Positions 17,411 through 27,726 of a stretch of 64,000 nucleotides of DNA are shown piece after piece. Each line of letters opens with the position of its first letter. Positions within the stretch are counted from its first letter, which is position 1. The stretch comes from Candidatus Enterousia sp. (GTDB taxonomy: Bacteria; Pseudomonadota; Alphaproteobacteria; Rs-D84), in contig JAZQCF010000001.1 of assembly GCA_045546075.1 (NCBI GenBank), positions 79,683 to 143,682 on the forward strand, read 5' to 3'. The notes beneath the pieces are model-generated. The model ran no database searches. It saw nothing but the letters and a program-made list of their open reading frames with translations, and was not told the origin of the DNA. Position numbers and translations under genes: made by a program.

Positions 17411-19824
17411 TGAACAATTTTTTTAGATTTTTTGCCGGCGGCGGGATTTCCAGCACTGTTACCTTGACGGTTATGGTGGTGGCGGTGATTTTGGCATTTA
17501 TTATATTAATGATGTTTATTCCAACAATAATTAAATATATGTTTCCAAAATTTGGATATAAACACTATGCGGAATATATACCTTTCCGGACGGTTTATAC
17601 CGATGATTCTATTGAATTAGATGACGGATGCCTGGTTCGGGTTTATTCTGTGGCGGGTGTCCAAACCAGTATGCAAACCGAAGAAAATCGTGAAAAATTC
17701 TTGGACCTGCGTGCCCAGTTATTTAATCAAATACACGACCCGAATGTTGTTATGCGATTTTTTACAATTCGTGATGCGGCGGGCGAAAACACAAACTATG
17801 AATTCGACCAACCTGTTTTACAAAAAATATATGATAAATGGCATTCCCAGGGATTAAAAATATTCCTTAATAATTATTATATAGTATTGTCTGTGCGTGG
17901 GTCCGGCGCGCGCGACAAATTAAATCAATATGGAAATTATATTGAATCTATATTGGCACCATATAAGCCAAAAATGTTAAAAAATAATTCGCGTGATAAT
18001 ATGGCGCGGTTTTTCGGTCGTATATTTTCCCCGATAACAAAGCCCACCCCGGTGGTTTGTGATGATAAAATCAAAGAATTATCAACCGTTGACGATGTTG
18101 AATTTTTACGTAATGGAACCGTTAAGTATATAAGTGGCGCGCGCGAATATTATGCGGCATTGGTTTCTTTCCGTGGTGCGCCGGATTATTTGGACGAAGA
18201 TTTCTTTGATTCTGTAAATACCATACAAACAGAAATGATTTGTATGAACGGTTTCAAAATTATGGATTCTGCATCTATTGATATGACATTGCGTCAACGG
18301 CGCAGCGTTGCAGATAAAGAAAATGATTCAACCGAACAACAAATTTCACGTGCGGAATCTGTGATGGATGAAAATGTTTCAGGTAATCAAACATTGGTAA
18401 ATTATTATCCTTTATTTATATTGTTTGGTAAAACACCTGATGAATTAAAAGAATATGTTGATGAATTCAAAAAAATATCTGCGTCGTTTGGTGTATCACC
18501 AATCCAGGAAAATTTTGCATCCAAGGTTTCTTGGTTTTCTGTTATCCCGGGTTTTGATACATTTCCGCGCACATTCAAAATGTTATCACGTGCGGCGGCA
18601 ATATCTGTTCCAATGTCAACAACACCGCGTGGTGTTGCAAATTCCGATTGGGGTCCGGGGCCATTGGTTGTATTCCCCACGGCCCAGGGAACACCATATC
18701 AATTTCAATTTCACGTTTCGGATAAGCCCGCCGCGGTTGGTCATACATTAACAATCGGTCCAACGGGTGGTGGTAAAACAACATTGTTCTCGTTCTTGAT
18801 TGCGCAATCACTGCGACATAAAAAATTAAAGGCGTTTTTCTTTGACCGCAACAAAGGGGCCGAGATATTTACACTTGCGACCGGCGGAAAGTATATAACT
18901 ATGCAGGGTAAAGAAAAGACCGAGGCATCATTTTTAACACACCTGAATCCATTAAAGATGCCGGATACGGTGGCGAACCGCGCATTTTTGCGGCGTTGGT
19001 TTGCGATGATATCTGAACAAAATGACGCGGCATCGGCGGATGAAATTGCACGCGCGGTTTCTGTGAACTTTGATTATTTGGCGGATAAAGACCGTATGCT
19101 TAAAAATTTGTATGAAAGTTGTTTTTCATCCACTGGTAAGATGCGTGCCGCATTAAAGAAATGGGTTGACCCATTGCAATATGGTGAAATATTTAACGAA
19201 GATACCGATACATTGGATTTACAATCACGCCTAACAACATTTGATTTTACCGATATTTTGGCGGACCCAACACTTGCGCCCGCGGTAATATCATATATTT
19301 TACATCGAATAAATAATACAACGGTGTCCGGTGGAAATCCGTCCCTGATTATGATTGACGAAACCGCGCCAATGTTGGAAAACAAGATGTTCCGTGATAA
19401 TTTTATAACCGGCCTGCAAGAAGGACGCAAAAATCGCCAGGCATATATGGTCGCGTTCCAACGTGCAAATGTTTTGGATAAACTGGGTATCGGTGATGTT
19501 GTTCGTGGCCAGGCGCAAACAATAATGTTCTTCCGTAACCCGGCGGCGGATGCGGCGGATTATGAACATTGGAATTTGAATCCACTTGAAATGGCGTTTA
19601 TCCAGGGCAAAGCCTATCCAAACCTGAAACGTGCGGTTTTGTTGTCGCGGCCGGTAAATAATGAATCGGTAATTTTGAATACAGAACTTGGTGGACTTGG
19701 GAATTTATTGCGGTTGTTTGAATCGGGTCGTTCATCGGTATTATTGGCCGAAGAATTATATAACCAATTCGGTTCGGCTTTTGTGGCGGAATACCTGAAA
19801 AAACAAGGCGCAGGCGATTTTTAA
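17407..19824 (+). CDS. virB4: Type IV secretion system ATPase VirB4
   Basis: 805 aa, Walker A GPTGGGKTT, a Walker B-like IMIDETAP, and typical virB3-virB4 coupling. Confidence 0.92.
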   Translation: MMNNFFRFFAGGGISSTVTLTVMVVAVILAFIILMMFIPTIIKYMFPKFGYKHYAEYIPFRTVYTDDSIELDDGCLVRVYSVAGVQTSMQTEENREKFLDLRAQLFNQIHDPNVVMRFFTIRDAAGENTNYEFDQPVLQKIYDKWHSQGLKIFLNNYYIVLSVRGSGARDKLNQYGNYIESILAPYKPKMLKNNSRDNMARFFGRIFSPITKPTPVVCDDKIKELSTVDDVEFLRNGTVKYISGAREYYAALVSFRGAPDYLDEDFFDSVNTIQTEMICMNGFKIMDSASIDMTLRQRRSVADKENDSTEQQISRAESVMDENVSGNQTLVNYYPLFILFGKTPDELKEYVDEFKKISASFGVSPIQENFASKVSWFSVIPGFDTFPRTFKMLSRAAAISVPMSTTPRGVANSDWGPGPLVVFPTAQGTPYQFQFHVSDKPAAVGHTLTIGPTGGGKTTLFSFLIAQSLRHKKLKAFFFDRNKGAEIFTLATGGKYITMQGKEKTEASFLTHLNPLKMPDTVANRAFLRRWFAMISEQNDAASADEIARAVSVNFDYLADKDRMLKNLYESCFSSTGKMRAALKKWVDPLQYGEIFNEDTDTLDLQSRLTTFDFTDILADPTLAPAVISYILHRINNTTVSGGNPSLIMIDETAPMLENKMFRDNFITGLQEGRKNRQAYMVAFQRANVLDKLGIGDVVRGQAQTIMFFRNPAADAADYEHWNLNPLEMAFIQGKAYPNLKRAVLLSRPVNNESVILNTELGGLGNLLRLFESGRSSVLLAEELYNQFGSAFVAEYLKKQGAGDF

Positions 19825-19825
19825 T

Positions 19826-20437
19826 ATGTTGAAAAAATTTCTAATTTTTGCAATTTGTTTTTCATCAATATCGTGTTTTGCGAACGATTGTATTAAATAT
19901 AAACAAACCCCGAAAGTTAATATTGCATCCCCGATATATCGAAAATCTGTTTCGCAATCAAATATTCAAATAAATAAAAATCATGGAAATGTAATTGCGA
20001 CATTGGTTGAAGATTATGATATTGCCGTTGATATATTTTCGGCCCCGGGTGGTTATTGTGTTGTATTAAAATCTGTTGATGCGTTAATTGGGTACGATGA
20101 TTTTTCTGTTAAAATTGATTATTCACATAAATATGGTTCGTGTTCATATAACGCGATTTTGAATCACGAAGATAAACACATCGATGCATATTTATCTGTT
20201 ATAAATGATTTAGAATTTGATATAGAAAGTTCGGTATTTAACGCGGCGGATTCAATGATGCCGATATTTGTATCATCGCGCGATGATATAGAATCCGCCA
20301 TAGAAGAAATAAACTATGAAATGCGTGGTCATCCAGAATTAATTTTGATAAAACAAAAAATCAATGCGGCAATGGAAATTCGCAATAAACGCATAGACCA
20401 AAATGAAGATAATCACGAATTAAAATCGTGCTTTTAG
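19826..20437 (+). CDS. Secreted protein with an HExxH motif (203 aa; possible Zn-metallopeptidase-like protein)
   Basis: Signal-like N-terminus MLKKFLIFAICFSSISCFA and LNHEDKHIDAY (HEDKH = HExxH). It starts 2 nt after the virB4 stop. Any family assignment (DUF922-like?) is not verifiable here. Confidence 0.35.
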   Translation: MLKKFLIFAICFSSISCFANDCIKYKQTPKVNIASPIYRKSVSQSNIQINKNHGNVIATLVEDYDIAVDIFSAPGGYCVVLKSVDALIGYDDFSVKIDYSHKYGSCSYNAILNHEDKHIDAYLSVINDLEFDIESSVFNAADSMMPIFVSSRDDIESAIEEINYEMRGHPELILIKQKINAAMEIRNKRIDQNEDNHELKSCF

Positions 20438-20516
20438 TGGTTAGTAGTTTCTGGAATTAATTCACGATTATGAAATTATTCTAGATACCACAAGTCACTA
20501 ACCACTTACACTAACA
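20437..20516 (-). repeat. GTGGTTAGTG-family palindromic element, solo copy C (inverted relative to the A copies)
   Basis: The reverse complement aligns with 4810-4892 at roughly 85 percent identity by eye. It spans from the TAG stop of ORF 19826-20437 into the last codons and stop of dnaG. Confidence 0.85.
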
Positions 20517-22119
20517 ATTCAAACTTTTCACGCATACGGGAAATTTCTTCGTCTATACGGCGGATTTCGGCACTTACATCACTTTCACCGGAAAGTCCGC
20601 GTATGGTTAAATCACGTTTTTGTTTTTCCAAACTTTCAATATATTTTTGTATTTTTAATGACACAATATATTTTTCCGCAGATTTCAAATCAAAATCAAA
20701 ATCCGGCCGCATATTAGAATCCAGGTCCAAGTTAAATTTACTGATAAAATCACCATAGCGTTCTGCGATCTCGGGGAATTTGTTTACAATATAAATAAGA
20801 GTGTTCTTCATAATGTTATCTATTTCCGGGACATCAATGTTTGACACTTCTTTTTGATTACTATAATTTCTCCATTCTTGGTATTTACGATTTTTGTAAT
20901 CACGTTCATATTCATATTTTAATAAATTATCTTGTATTTTATCTGTATGTTGTTTCAAGAATTTTTCTGCCTGAACCCGACCGGATGGGGTTTTTATTAA
21001 AAAATTCTTATTCGCAATATTCCACAGAAAATCAACCAAAGGTGTCGCAGAATCTATAATTTTTTTCATTTCATCTGCCCCGCCCTTTTTTAATACTTCA
21101 TCTGGGTCTTTGCCACCGGTTACAAACGCAAAACTAACGTTCGAATTATCACGCAAGAACGGTAATATAATACCGCACGCCCGCGCAGCGGCCTTTTGCC
21201 CTGCCGTATCCCCATCAAAACAGAAAATAATATTTCTGTTCGCCTTGCATAATATTGCGATATGGTCTTCGGTCAATGCGGTTCCCAACGGTGCAACCGT
21301 TTCGCCAAAACCATTACATTGCATTTGAATCGCATCGATTTGACCTTCTACAATAATTGCGCGGTTTGCCCGGTGAATTGATTCGCGTGCAAAGTTAAAC
21401 CCGAACAGTGTTTGTCGTTTATGAAACATTTCTGTATCGGTTGTGTTTATATACTTTGGTTCAGACCCGTCCAAAGAACGTCCCGAAAAAGCAACAATTT
21501 GGCCGTGCGCGTTAAAAATTGGAAACATTAATTTATCACGAAAGAAATCATACAAACCATAATCGCCGCGGCGAACAAGCCCTGTTGCAATTAATTTATC
21601 TTGTTTTGTATTTGCGAATTTGTTTGAAATAATATTGTTTTTTGGTGCATAACCGATGCCATATTTTTTTATCATTTCATCACTGAAACCACGCCGGCGT
21701 ATGTATTCCAATGCATACGCGCCATCGGGTGAAAATAATTTTTCGGCATAAATTTTTGCCGCCGCCGATGTGATTGTTATATATGTTTCTTCGGCTTCGA
21801 TTTGTTGTTGTGTTTTTGGTTTGTATGTTGGCAACTTTAATCCCGCCATATCGGCCAATTCGGCAATAGCGGTTTTGAAATCAACGTGTTCAGTTTCCAT
21901 TGTAAAAGAAATAATGTCGCCATGTTTTCCGCAACCAAAACAATGAAAAAATCCTTTTTCTTCACTGACCGAAAAAGACGGTGTTTTTTCGTTATGAAAT
22001 GGGCAACATCCCCAATAATTTTGACCTTTTTTAACCAACGGAACACGGCGGGATACAACGTCCACAATGGATAATCGTTCACGTAATTGGTCGGTAAAAT
22101 TATTATCAAATTTTGCCAT
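20506..22119 (-). CDS. dnaG: DNA primase
   Basis: Zinc ribbon CCPFHNEKTPSFSV...CFGCG, Toprim IIVEGQIDA, 537 aa. Confidence 0.95.
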   Translation of the reverse strand: MAKFDNNFTDQLRERLSIVDVVSRRVPLVKKGQNYWGCCPFHNEKTPSFSVSEEKGFFHCFGCGKHGDIISFTMETEHVDFKTAIAELADMAGLKLPTYKPKTQQQIEAEETYITITSAAAKIYAEKLFSPDGAYALEYIRRRGFSDEMIKKYGIGYAPKNNIISNKFANTKQDKLIATGLVRRGDYGLYDFFRDKLMFPIFNAHGQIVAFSGRSLDGSEPKYINTTDTEMFHKRQTLFGFNFARESIHRANRAIIVEGQIDAIQMQCNGFGETVAPLGTALTEDHIAILCKANRNIIFCFDGDTAGQKAAARACGIILPFLRDNSNVSFAFVTGGKDPDEVLKKGGADEMKKIIDSATPLVDFLWNIANKNFLIKTPSGRVQAEKFLKQHTDKIQDNLLKYEYERDYKNRKYQEWRNYSNQKEVSNIDVPEIDNIMKNTLIYIVNKFPEIAERYGDFISKFNLDLDSNMRPDFDFDLKSAEKYIVSLKIQKYIESLEKQKRDLTIRGLSGESDVSAEIRRIDEEISRMREKFELLV

Positions 22120-24353
22120 TATTTTTTAGAAAACCTTTTGGTTGGTTTTTTATTGTTTATCAAATCTATTGCGGTCTCTAAATCTGGTTGTGCATCCACA
22201 CTAACATTAACACGGTTGCTTGAAATATATGCACCATAACGCCCGGTTGGATAAAAATAAATCATTTTATCTGTTTTTGGATTTTTTCCAATTTCAATGG
22301 GTTCAACTTTCTTTTTTTCACCCGATAATAATTCACGCGCGATATCCAGTGTAATTGTATCGGCATTATATTTTTTTGCCGATGCGTTTTTTGTGCCGTC
22401 TGTTACATATGGACCAAATTTTCCAACACGGAAAACAATCCCATCACCCAATTCACGCGCATCATTTTTATTTTGCACCTGAACCTCTGTTTCCGCCGTA
22501 TTCAAGCGTTTCGTATAATCACATTTTGGATAATTTTCACAACCAATAAATGGTCCAAATTTTGAAAGTTTTATACCCAATGCACCACCACACTTTGGAC
22601 ATTTATTATCGCCAGACGGGAATAAATGTTTTTTCATAAATACATTTATGTTGTCAATAATATCACCGGTTTTAATATCACGCGCCCCGGCAATCATATT
22701 TTTTGTGTCACCCCAGAATTCATTAAGTGCGGAAATTTTTTCTGTTTTTCCATTTGAAACATCATCCAAAGTATTTTCAGTGTTCGCGGTAAAATTCACA
22801 TCAACCAAATCGGCAAAATATTTTGCCAAATATGCCGCAATAACCCATCCGCCGGGTGTTGGATGAAAACGGCGTTGTCGGTCTTGTTCAACATATTGAC
22901 GGTCAACGATTGTTGACATAATTGTTGCATACGTTGATGGCCGGCCGATTCCCAATTCTTCCAATTTTTTAACCAAAGATGCTTCGGTATAACGTGCAGG
23001 CGGTTGTGTAAAATGTTGTTCGGGTATAATTTCAACAACATTAATTTTATCACCAACATTCATTGCCGGTAATTTTGCATCTGTTTCCTCGTCGTTATCA
23101 TCGCGGTCTTCGATATAAACCTTCATAAACCCGTCAAATGTGCGGGTGCGACCGACCGCGTGAAAAGTTGCAATTTTATCATCGGTTAAAATATCTGCGG
23201 CAACCGAATCAAATTCTGCATTTGTCATTTGGCACGCAATGGTTCGTTTCCATATCAAATCATATAATTTTTTGTCATCCCCCGCCAATTCATTTGTGGC
23301 CGTATCAAAGTGTGTTGGACGAATTGCCTCGTGCGCTTCTTGTGCATTTTTAGACTTTGTAACATAAACGTTTGGCGTGGATGGTAAAAATTTTGAACCA
23401 TAATTTTTTTCAATAAACTTTCTTATATCGGCAACCGCCTCGGCGGACAGATTTGTTGCATCGGTTCGCATATATGTTATAAAACCGTTTTCATATAATT
23501 TTTGTGCAACCGACATAGTGCGTTTTGATGAAAAATGTAATTTACGCGCGGCCTCTTGTTGAAGTGTACTGGTTGTAAAAGGTGCATATGGTTTATTTGA
23601 TATTTTTTTTCGTTCTATACGGGACACATTGGCGCATAGAGGCGTTTTTAATTTTGATAAAATTTTATCGACATCATTATTATTTTTTAACGTCATCTTG
23701 TCGATTTTTTCACCATCAAAAATAATCAAATTTGAATCAAAAGATTTTTTATCAAAATCACATTTTGCACCCACAGACCAATATTCTGTTGGAATAAAAT
23801 CTTCGATTTCACGTTCGCGGTCAACAACCAATTTTACCGCAACCGATTGCACGCGTCCGGCGGATTTCCCAAGGTTGCGCCGCCACAACAACGGTGATAT
23901 TTCAAATCCAATTAAATAATCCAACGCGCGCCGAACCAAATATGCATCAACCAAATTTGAATCAATTTCACGTGGATGTGCGATTGCGTCCAAAATTGCA
24001 TTTTTTGTTATTTCGTGAAACGCAACACGATAGACCGGTGTTTTTCCAATCAGTTTTTTTGAATTCAATATATCCAAAATATGCCACGCAATGGCCTCAC
24101 CTTCGCGGTCCGGATCGGATGCAAGGTATATTGCATCGGCACGTTTAACATTATCGGTAATCAATTTTATTTGTTTTTCTTTGCCCGGCATAATTTGCCA
24201 ACGCATTTCAAAATTATGTTCTGTATCAACACTGCCATTTTCGGGAACCAAATCACGCACGTGACCAACAGACGCAATAACGTGCCACCCGGACCCCAGG
24301 TATTTTTCAATGGTCTTTGCCTTTGACGGAGATTCCACAATCAGTAAATTCAT
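22119..24353 (-). CDS. topA: DNA topoisomerase I
   Basis: Toprim N-terminus MNLLIVESPSKAKTIEKYLG, C-terminal zinc ribbons (CPKCGG..., CENYPKC), 744 aa. Confidence 0.96.
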   Translation of the reverse strand: MNLLIVESPSKAKTIEKYLGSGWHVIASVGHVRDLVPENGSVDTEHNFEMRWQIMPGKEKQIKLITDNVKRADAIYLASDPDREGEAIAWHILDILNSKKLIGKTPVYRVAFHEITKNAILDAIAHPREIDSNLVDAYLVRRALDYLIGFEISPLLWRRNLGKSAGRVQSVAVKLVVDREREIEDFIPTEYWSVGAKCDFDKKSFDSNLIIFDGEKIDKMTLKNNNDVDKILSKLKTPLCANVSRIERKKISNKPYAPFTTSTLQQEAARKLHFSSKRTMSVAQKLYENGFITYMRTDATNLSAEAVADIRKFIEKNYGSKFLPSTPNVYVTKSKNAQEAHEAIRPTHFDTATNELAGDDKKLYDLIWKRTIACQMTNAEFDSVAADILTDDKIATFHAVGRTRTFDGFMKVYIEDRDDNDEETDAKLPAMNVGDKINVVEIIPEQHFTQPPARYTEASLVKKLEELGIGRPSTYATIMSTIVDRQYVEQDRQRRFHPTPGGWVIAAYLAKYFADLVDVNFTANTENTLDDVSNGKTEKISALNEFWGDTKNMIAGARDIKTGDIIDNINVFMKKHLFPSGDNKCPKCGGALGIKLSKFGPFIGCENYPKCDYTKRLNTAETEVQVQNKNDARELGDGIVFRVGKFGPYVTDGTKNASAKKYNADTITLDIARELLSGEKKKVEPIEIGKNPKTDKMIYFYPTGRYGAYISSNRVNVSVDAQPDLETAIDLINNKKPTKRFSKK

Positions 24354-24355
24354 TT

Positions 24356-25501
24356 CTAACTTCCTTTGGCAGATAATTGTTGGTCTTTATGTATATGCGC
24401 ATTTTCACAAAGTCCAAAGCCGAACATCAATGATAAAAGACTGCTGCCGCCAAAGGACATAAGTGGTAATGGCACCCCCACGGTCGGGACCAGCCCCAGT
24501 ACCATAGATATATTTATAAAATAATAAATGAAAAAGTTCAACATAAAACCAAAACAAACCAGTTGTCCAAACCGATTGCGGCACGTTTTTGCGGTCCAAA
24601 ACAAAACAACAACAATTATACTGTAAAGAATTAATATTATAAATGCGCCGATAAAACCGAATTCTTCACCAAGCATAGTGAATATAAAATCGGTCTGTTT
24701 TTCGGGCAAGAAAGATTGTTGTGATTGTGAACCGTTCATATATCCTTTGCCAAATACGCCGCCACTGCCGAATGCTATTTTTGCCTGGTTTATCTGGTAT
24801 CCGGCACCGCGTGCATCGTGTTCCGGATTTACAAATGTTATAATTCTTTCACGTTGATACTGATGCAGTCCACCATACCAAACAACCGGTGCCGCCATAA
24901 CCGCAAGTATTGCGCCAATAATAAACCATTTCTTGTTTGCACCAACAATATAGAACATTCCAACCGTAATCATCGCGATTGATAATGCGGTCCCAAGGTC
25001 CGGTTGCATAACAATCAATATAAATGGAATTAACATCATAAGTGCCGGAACAATATAGTTTTTGAATTTATCTAAATCCACAGAATTCATCCACGCAAAA
25101 TATCGCGCCAATGCCAAAACCAGTGCCATTTTGAACATTTCAGACGGCTGGATATGTATAAACCCAAGGTTTAACCAACGTTGGGCACCCATACCGGTAT
25201 GACCAACAAATGTAACCAAAATAATCAATATAAGTGCAATTACGTAAATAACATTTGCAGATTTTATCCACAGTTTTATATTTGTAAACGCCGCAATAGA
25301 AAACACACCAAACCCAATAATAATTTTCATCAGTTGTGAAAGTGCAAATGGTTGCCACGACCCGCCACCCGCCGAATACAGCATAACCACAGATGTAATC
25401 AAAACCAAACACATCGGCACAAACAATACCCAAGAAAAACGTGAAAGTTTTTCAGGAAAACTCATCATATTTGCATTTGAAACGCGTGTTTGTCTGGTCA
25501 T
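24356..25501 (-). CDS. rodA: SEDS peptidoglycan polymerase RodA
   Basis: Polytopic protein of 381 aa with SEDS-family motifs (QPSE..K, GG.S), immediately downstream of mrdA. Confidence 0.9.
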   Translation of the reverse strand: MTRQTRVSNANMMSFPEKLSRFSWVLFVPMCLVLITSVVMLYSAGGGSWQPFALSQLMKIIIGFGVFSIAAFTNIKLWIKSANVIYVIALILIILVTFVGHTGMGAQRWLNLGFIHIQPSEMFKMALVLALARYFAWMNSVDLDKFKNYIVPALMMLIPFILIVMQPDLGTALSIAMITVGMFYIVGANKKWFIIGAILAVMAAPVVWYGGLHQYQRERIITFVNPEHDARGAGYQINQAKIAFGSGGVFGKGYMNGSQSQQSFLPEKQTDFIFTMLGEEFGFIGAFIILILYSIIVVVLFWTAKTCRNRFGQLVCFGFMLNFFIYYFINISMVLGLVPTVGVPLPLMSFGGSSLLSLMFGFGLCENAHIHKDQQLSAKGS

Positions 25502-25502
25502 A

Positions 25503-27278
25503 TTATTGTTCGTTTTCTAACAGTTTTTTTATTGTTGCGGCGGCGGTGCGTGCGGCACTGCCACTGGATCCGGAATGTTCTGTAATGACGCATACGGCGT
25601 ATTTAGGATTGTTCACCGGGGCATACCCAACAAACAATCCATGATTACGCATATTCCATTTTAATTGTTCGTTTGTCAATACCCCACTTAATCGTTCTGC
25701 GCGTGAAATACTGCGCACCTGGGACGTGCCGGTTTTACCACCCATTTTTGCGCCGTTAACATTTATTGCACTGCCGGATGCGGTTCCACCCTGCTTTAAC
25801 ACTTCTTCCAAACCGTTCAGGACGATTTTTATATTTTTTTCTTGTAATCCCATTGATTTGAAATTCACCTTTTTATCGTCTTGGATAATTCGTGGAACAA
25901 CGCGTTTGTTTGATGCAACGCGTGCCATCATAACCGCCAACTGCATACAATTAACCAAGATAAAACCTTGCCCAATACCAGAAATAATCGTGTCACCGTG
26001 AACCCATTTTGAACCAACATTGGATTCCTTCCATTTTCGGTCAGGTATAATACCGGTCATTTGCTTTGGAATAATGCTTTCAAGGTATTTTTCTGTCATT
26101 CCTAATCTAATTGCCATACGCTTTATTGCATCAATACCGATACGCAGTGCAAGTTGATAAAAATAAATATCGCACGAATGTTTTAACGCGCCAACTATAT
26201 TAACTTTGCCGTGACCTTTGGCCTCCCAACAATGGTATCGGCGGTCACCATAATCCCAATGTCCCGGACAAAACACAGTTTCATTTGGGGTGACCGCGCC
26301 GGCCTCAAGTGCCGCCAACGCAACAATAATCTTGAAAGTTGAACCCGGTGGATACAGGCCTTCAAAAACTTTATTCATAAATGGTTTTGCAAAATTTTGA
26401 CGCAGTCCATCCAAATATTCTTCGGCATCGTCACCGGAAAAGTTATTTGGGTCAAACCCCGGTGTTGATGCCATTGCCAAAATATCACCTGTTCTAATAT
26501 CCAACGCAACCCCGCATCCGGCCTTGTGCAATGTTAATGCATCATACAGTGTTCTTTGTGCATTGTCATCAATCGTGGTTTTTACATCTGTTCCTGTAAT
26601 TGGTGCCTTGAATTGAGTTTTATCTTCACCGGTAATGCGGCCAACGGCATTTGTTATCATAACGGTTTGACCCGGCACACCACATAGATTTTTGTTAAAA
26701 ACTTTTTCTAATCCGGTAATGCCCGTTGTATAGAAAGGTGCATTTGCGACCGGTTTATCGGGTGCACCAACGTATCCAAAAAATTGCGCACCGGCCGGTC
26801 CCAATTCATACACACGCCCGTATCCACTTTGCACATGTAATCCGGCAAGGTTTTTTGCCTGGACCCGGGCAAGTGTATTCCAATCGGTATTCTCGCTAAT
26901 CAACACAGGTTGAAATTTTTGTTGTTTTTTTATACGTGCCCATATTTTATCAACACGTTTTTTCGACAGTTTCAAATCTGTTGCAACCGTTTCAACCAAT
27001 TTTTCCAAATCTTCGGTTTCTTCGGGAACAATGTATATGCGGTAAATTGGGGCATCGTGCGATATTGCCGAACCACTGCGCGACAGGATTTTTCCACGTT
27101 CCGGCATATTTATTTGTATACGAAAAGAATTATTTTCGCTTTTCTTTTTATAACCACGATATCCAAAAATTTGCATTTGCAACATTCGCAACACCAATCC
27201 AGACGTAAGTATCGCACCGGTTGTTAGAAACAAAGCACTGCGGCGGTCAAATTGTTTTGATATTTCTGTATCAATCAT
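25503..27278 (-). CDS. mrdA: Penicillin-binding protein 2 (elongasome transpeptidase)
   Basis: PPGSTFK (SxxK) and GKTGTS (KTG) motifs, 591 aa, located between mreD and rodA. Confidence 0.92.
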   Translation of the reverse strand: MIDTEISKQFDRRSALFLTTGAILTSGLVLRMLQMQIFGYRGYKKKSENNSFRIQINMPERGKILSRSGSAISHDAPIYRIYIVPEETEDLEKLVETVATDLKLSKKRVDKIWARIKKQQKFQPVLISENTDWNTLARVQAKNLAGLHVQSGYGRVYELGPAGAQFFGYVGAPDKPVANAPFYTTGITGLEKVFNKNLCGVPGQTVMITNAVGRITGEDKTQFKAPITGTDVKTTIDDNAQRTLYDALTLHKAGCGVALDIRTGDILAMASTPGFDPNNFSGDDAEEYLDGLRQNFAKPFMNKVFEGLYPPGSTFKIIVALAALEAGAVTPNETVFCPGHWDYGDRRYHCWEAKGHGKVNIVGALKHSCDIYFYQLALRIGIDAIKRMAIRLGMTEKYLESIIPKQMTGIIPDRKWKESNVGSKWVHGDTIISGIGQGFILVNCMQLAVMMARVASNKRVVPRIIQDDKKVNFKSMGLQEKNIKIVLNGLEEVLKQGGTASGSAINVNGAKMGGKTGTSQVRSISRAERLSGVLTNEQLKWNMRNHGLFVGYAPVNNPKYAVCVITEHSGSSGSAARTAAATIKKLLENEQ

Positions 27279-27726
27279 TTTGCACCGCCTGGATTGTTGT
27301 GATTATTGGAATATACATTGCAACCAGAATTAAAAACATTAATGTTCCAGATGCAATATTCGAAAAACTTAAATGTGTTGCAATCAACATCAAAATAATT
27401 GTTCCAACAAATCCCATAAACGCATATATACCATTTATTTTTGTATGCGTTAAATCAATAAATGTTTGCAAATTTACCGCAACATAAAATATACAATAAA
27501 AAACCGTCCACATCAAAAGAGTATTAAATTTATAATCAATCATAAAGCACAACAATATCGCAAACGGCGTAAAATACGGTACAGGCCGTATAAACGAACA
27601 ATAAAATATTGGTATAATTGCCAATATTCCACCCGGATTTATCCACGGCACAGACAGCCGCCACAGTGCCACGGTAATTAAAAATGGAAACGAAACCTGA
27701 AAAAATTTTATAATATTTTGCTTCAT
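27271..27726 (-). CDS. mreD: Rod shape-determining protein MreD
   Basis: Multi-TM protein of 151 aa in the conserved mreC-mreD-mrdA position. The call is mainly positional. Confidence 0.6.
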   Translation of the reverse strand: MKQNIIKFFQVSFPFLITVALWRLSVPWINPGGILAIIPIFYCSFIRPVPYFTPFAILLCFMIDYKFNTLLMWTVFYCIFYVAVNLQTFIDLTHTKINGIYAFMGFVGTIILMLIATHLSFSNIASGTLMFLILVAMYIPIITTIQAVQND

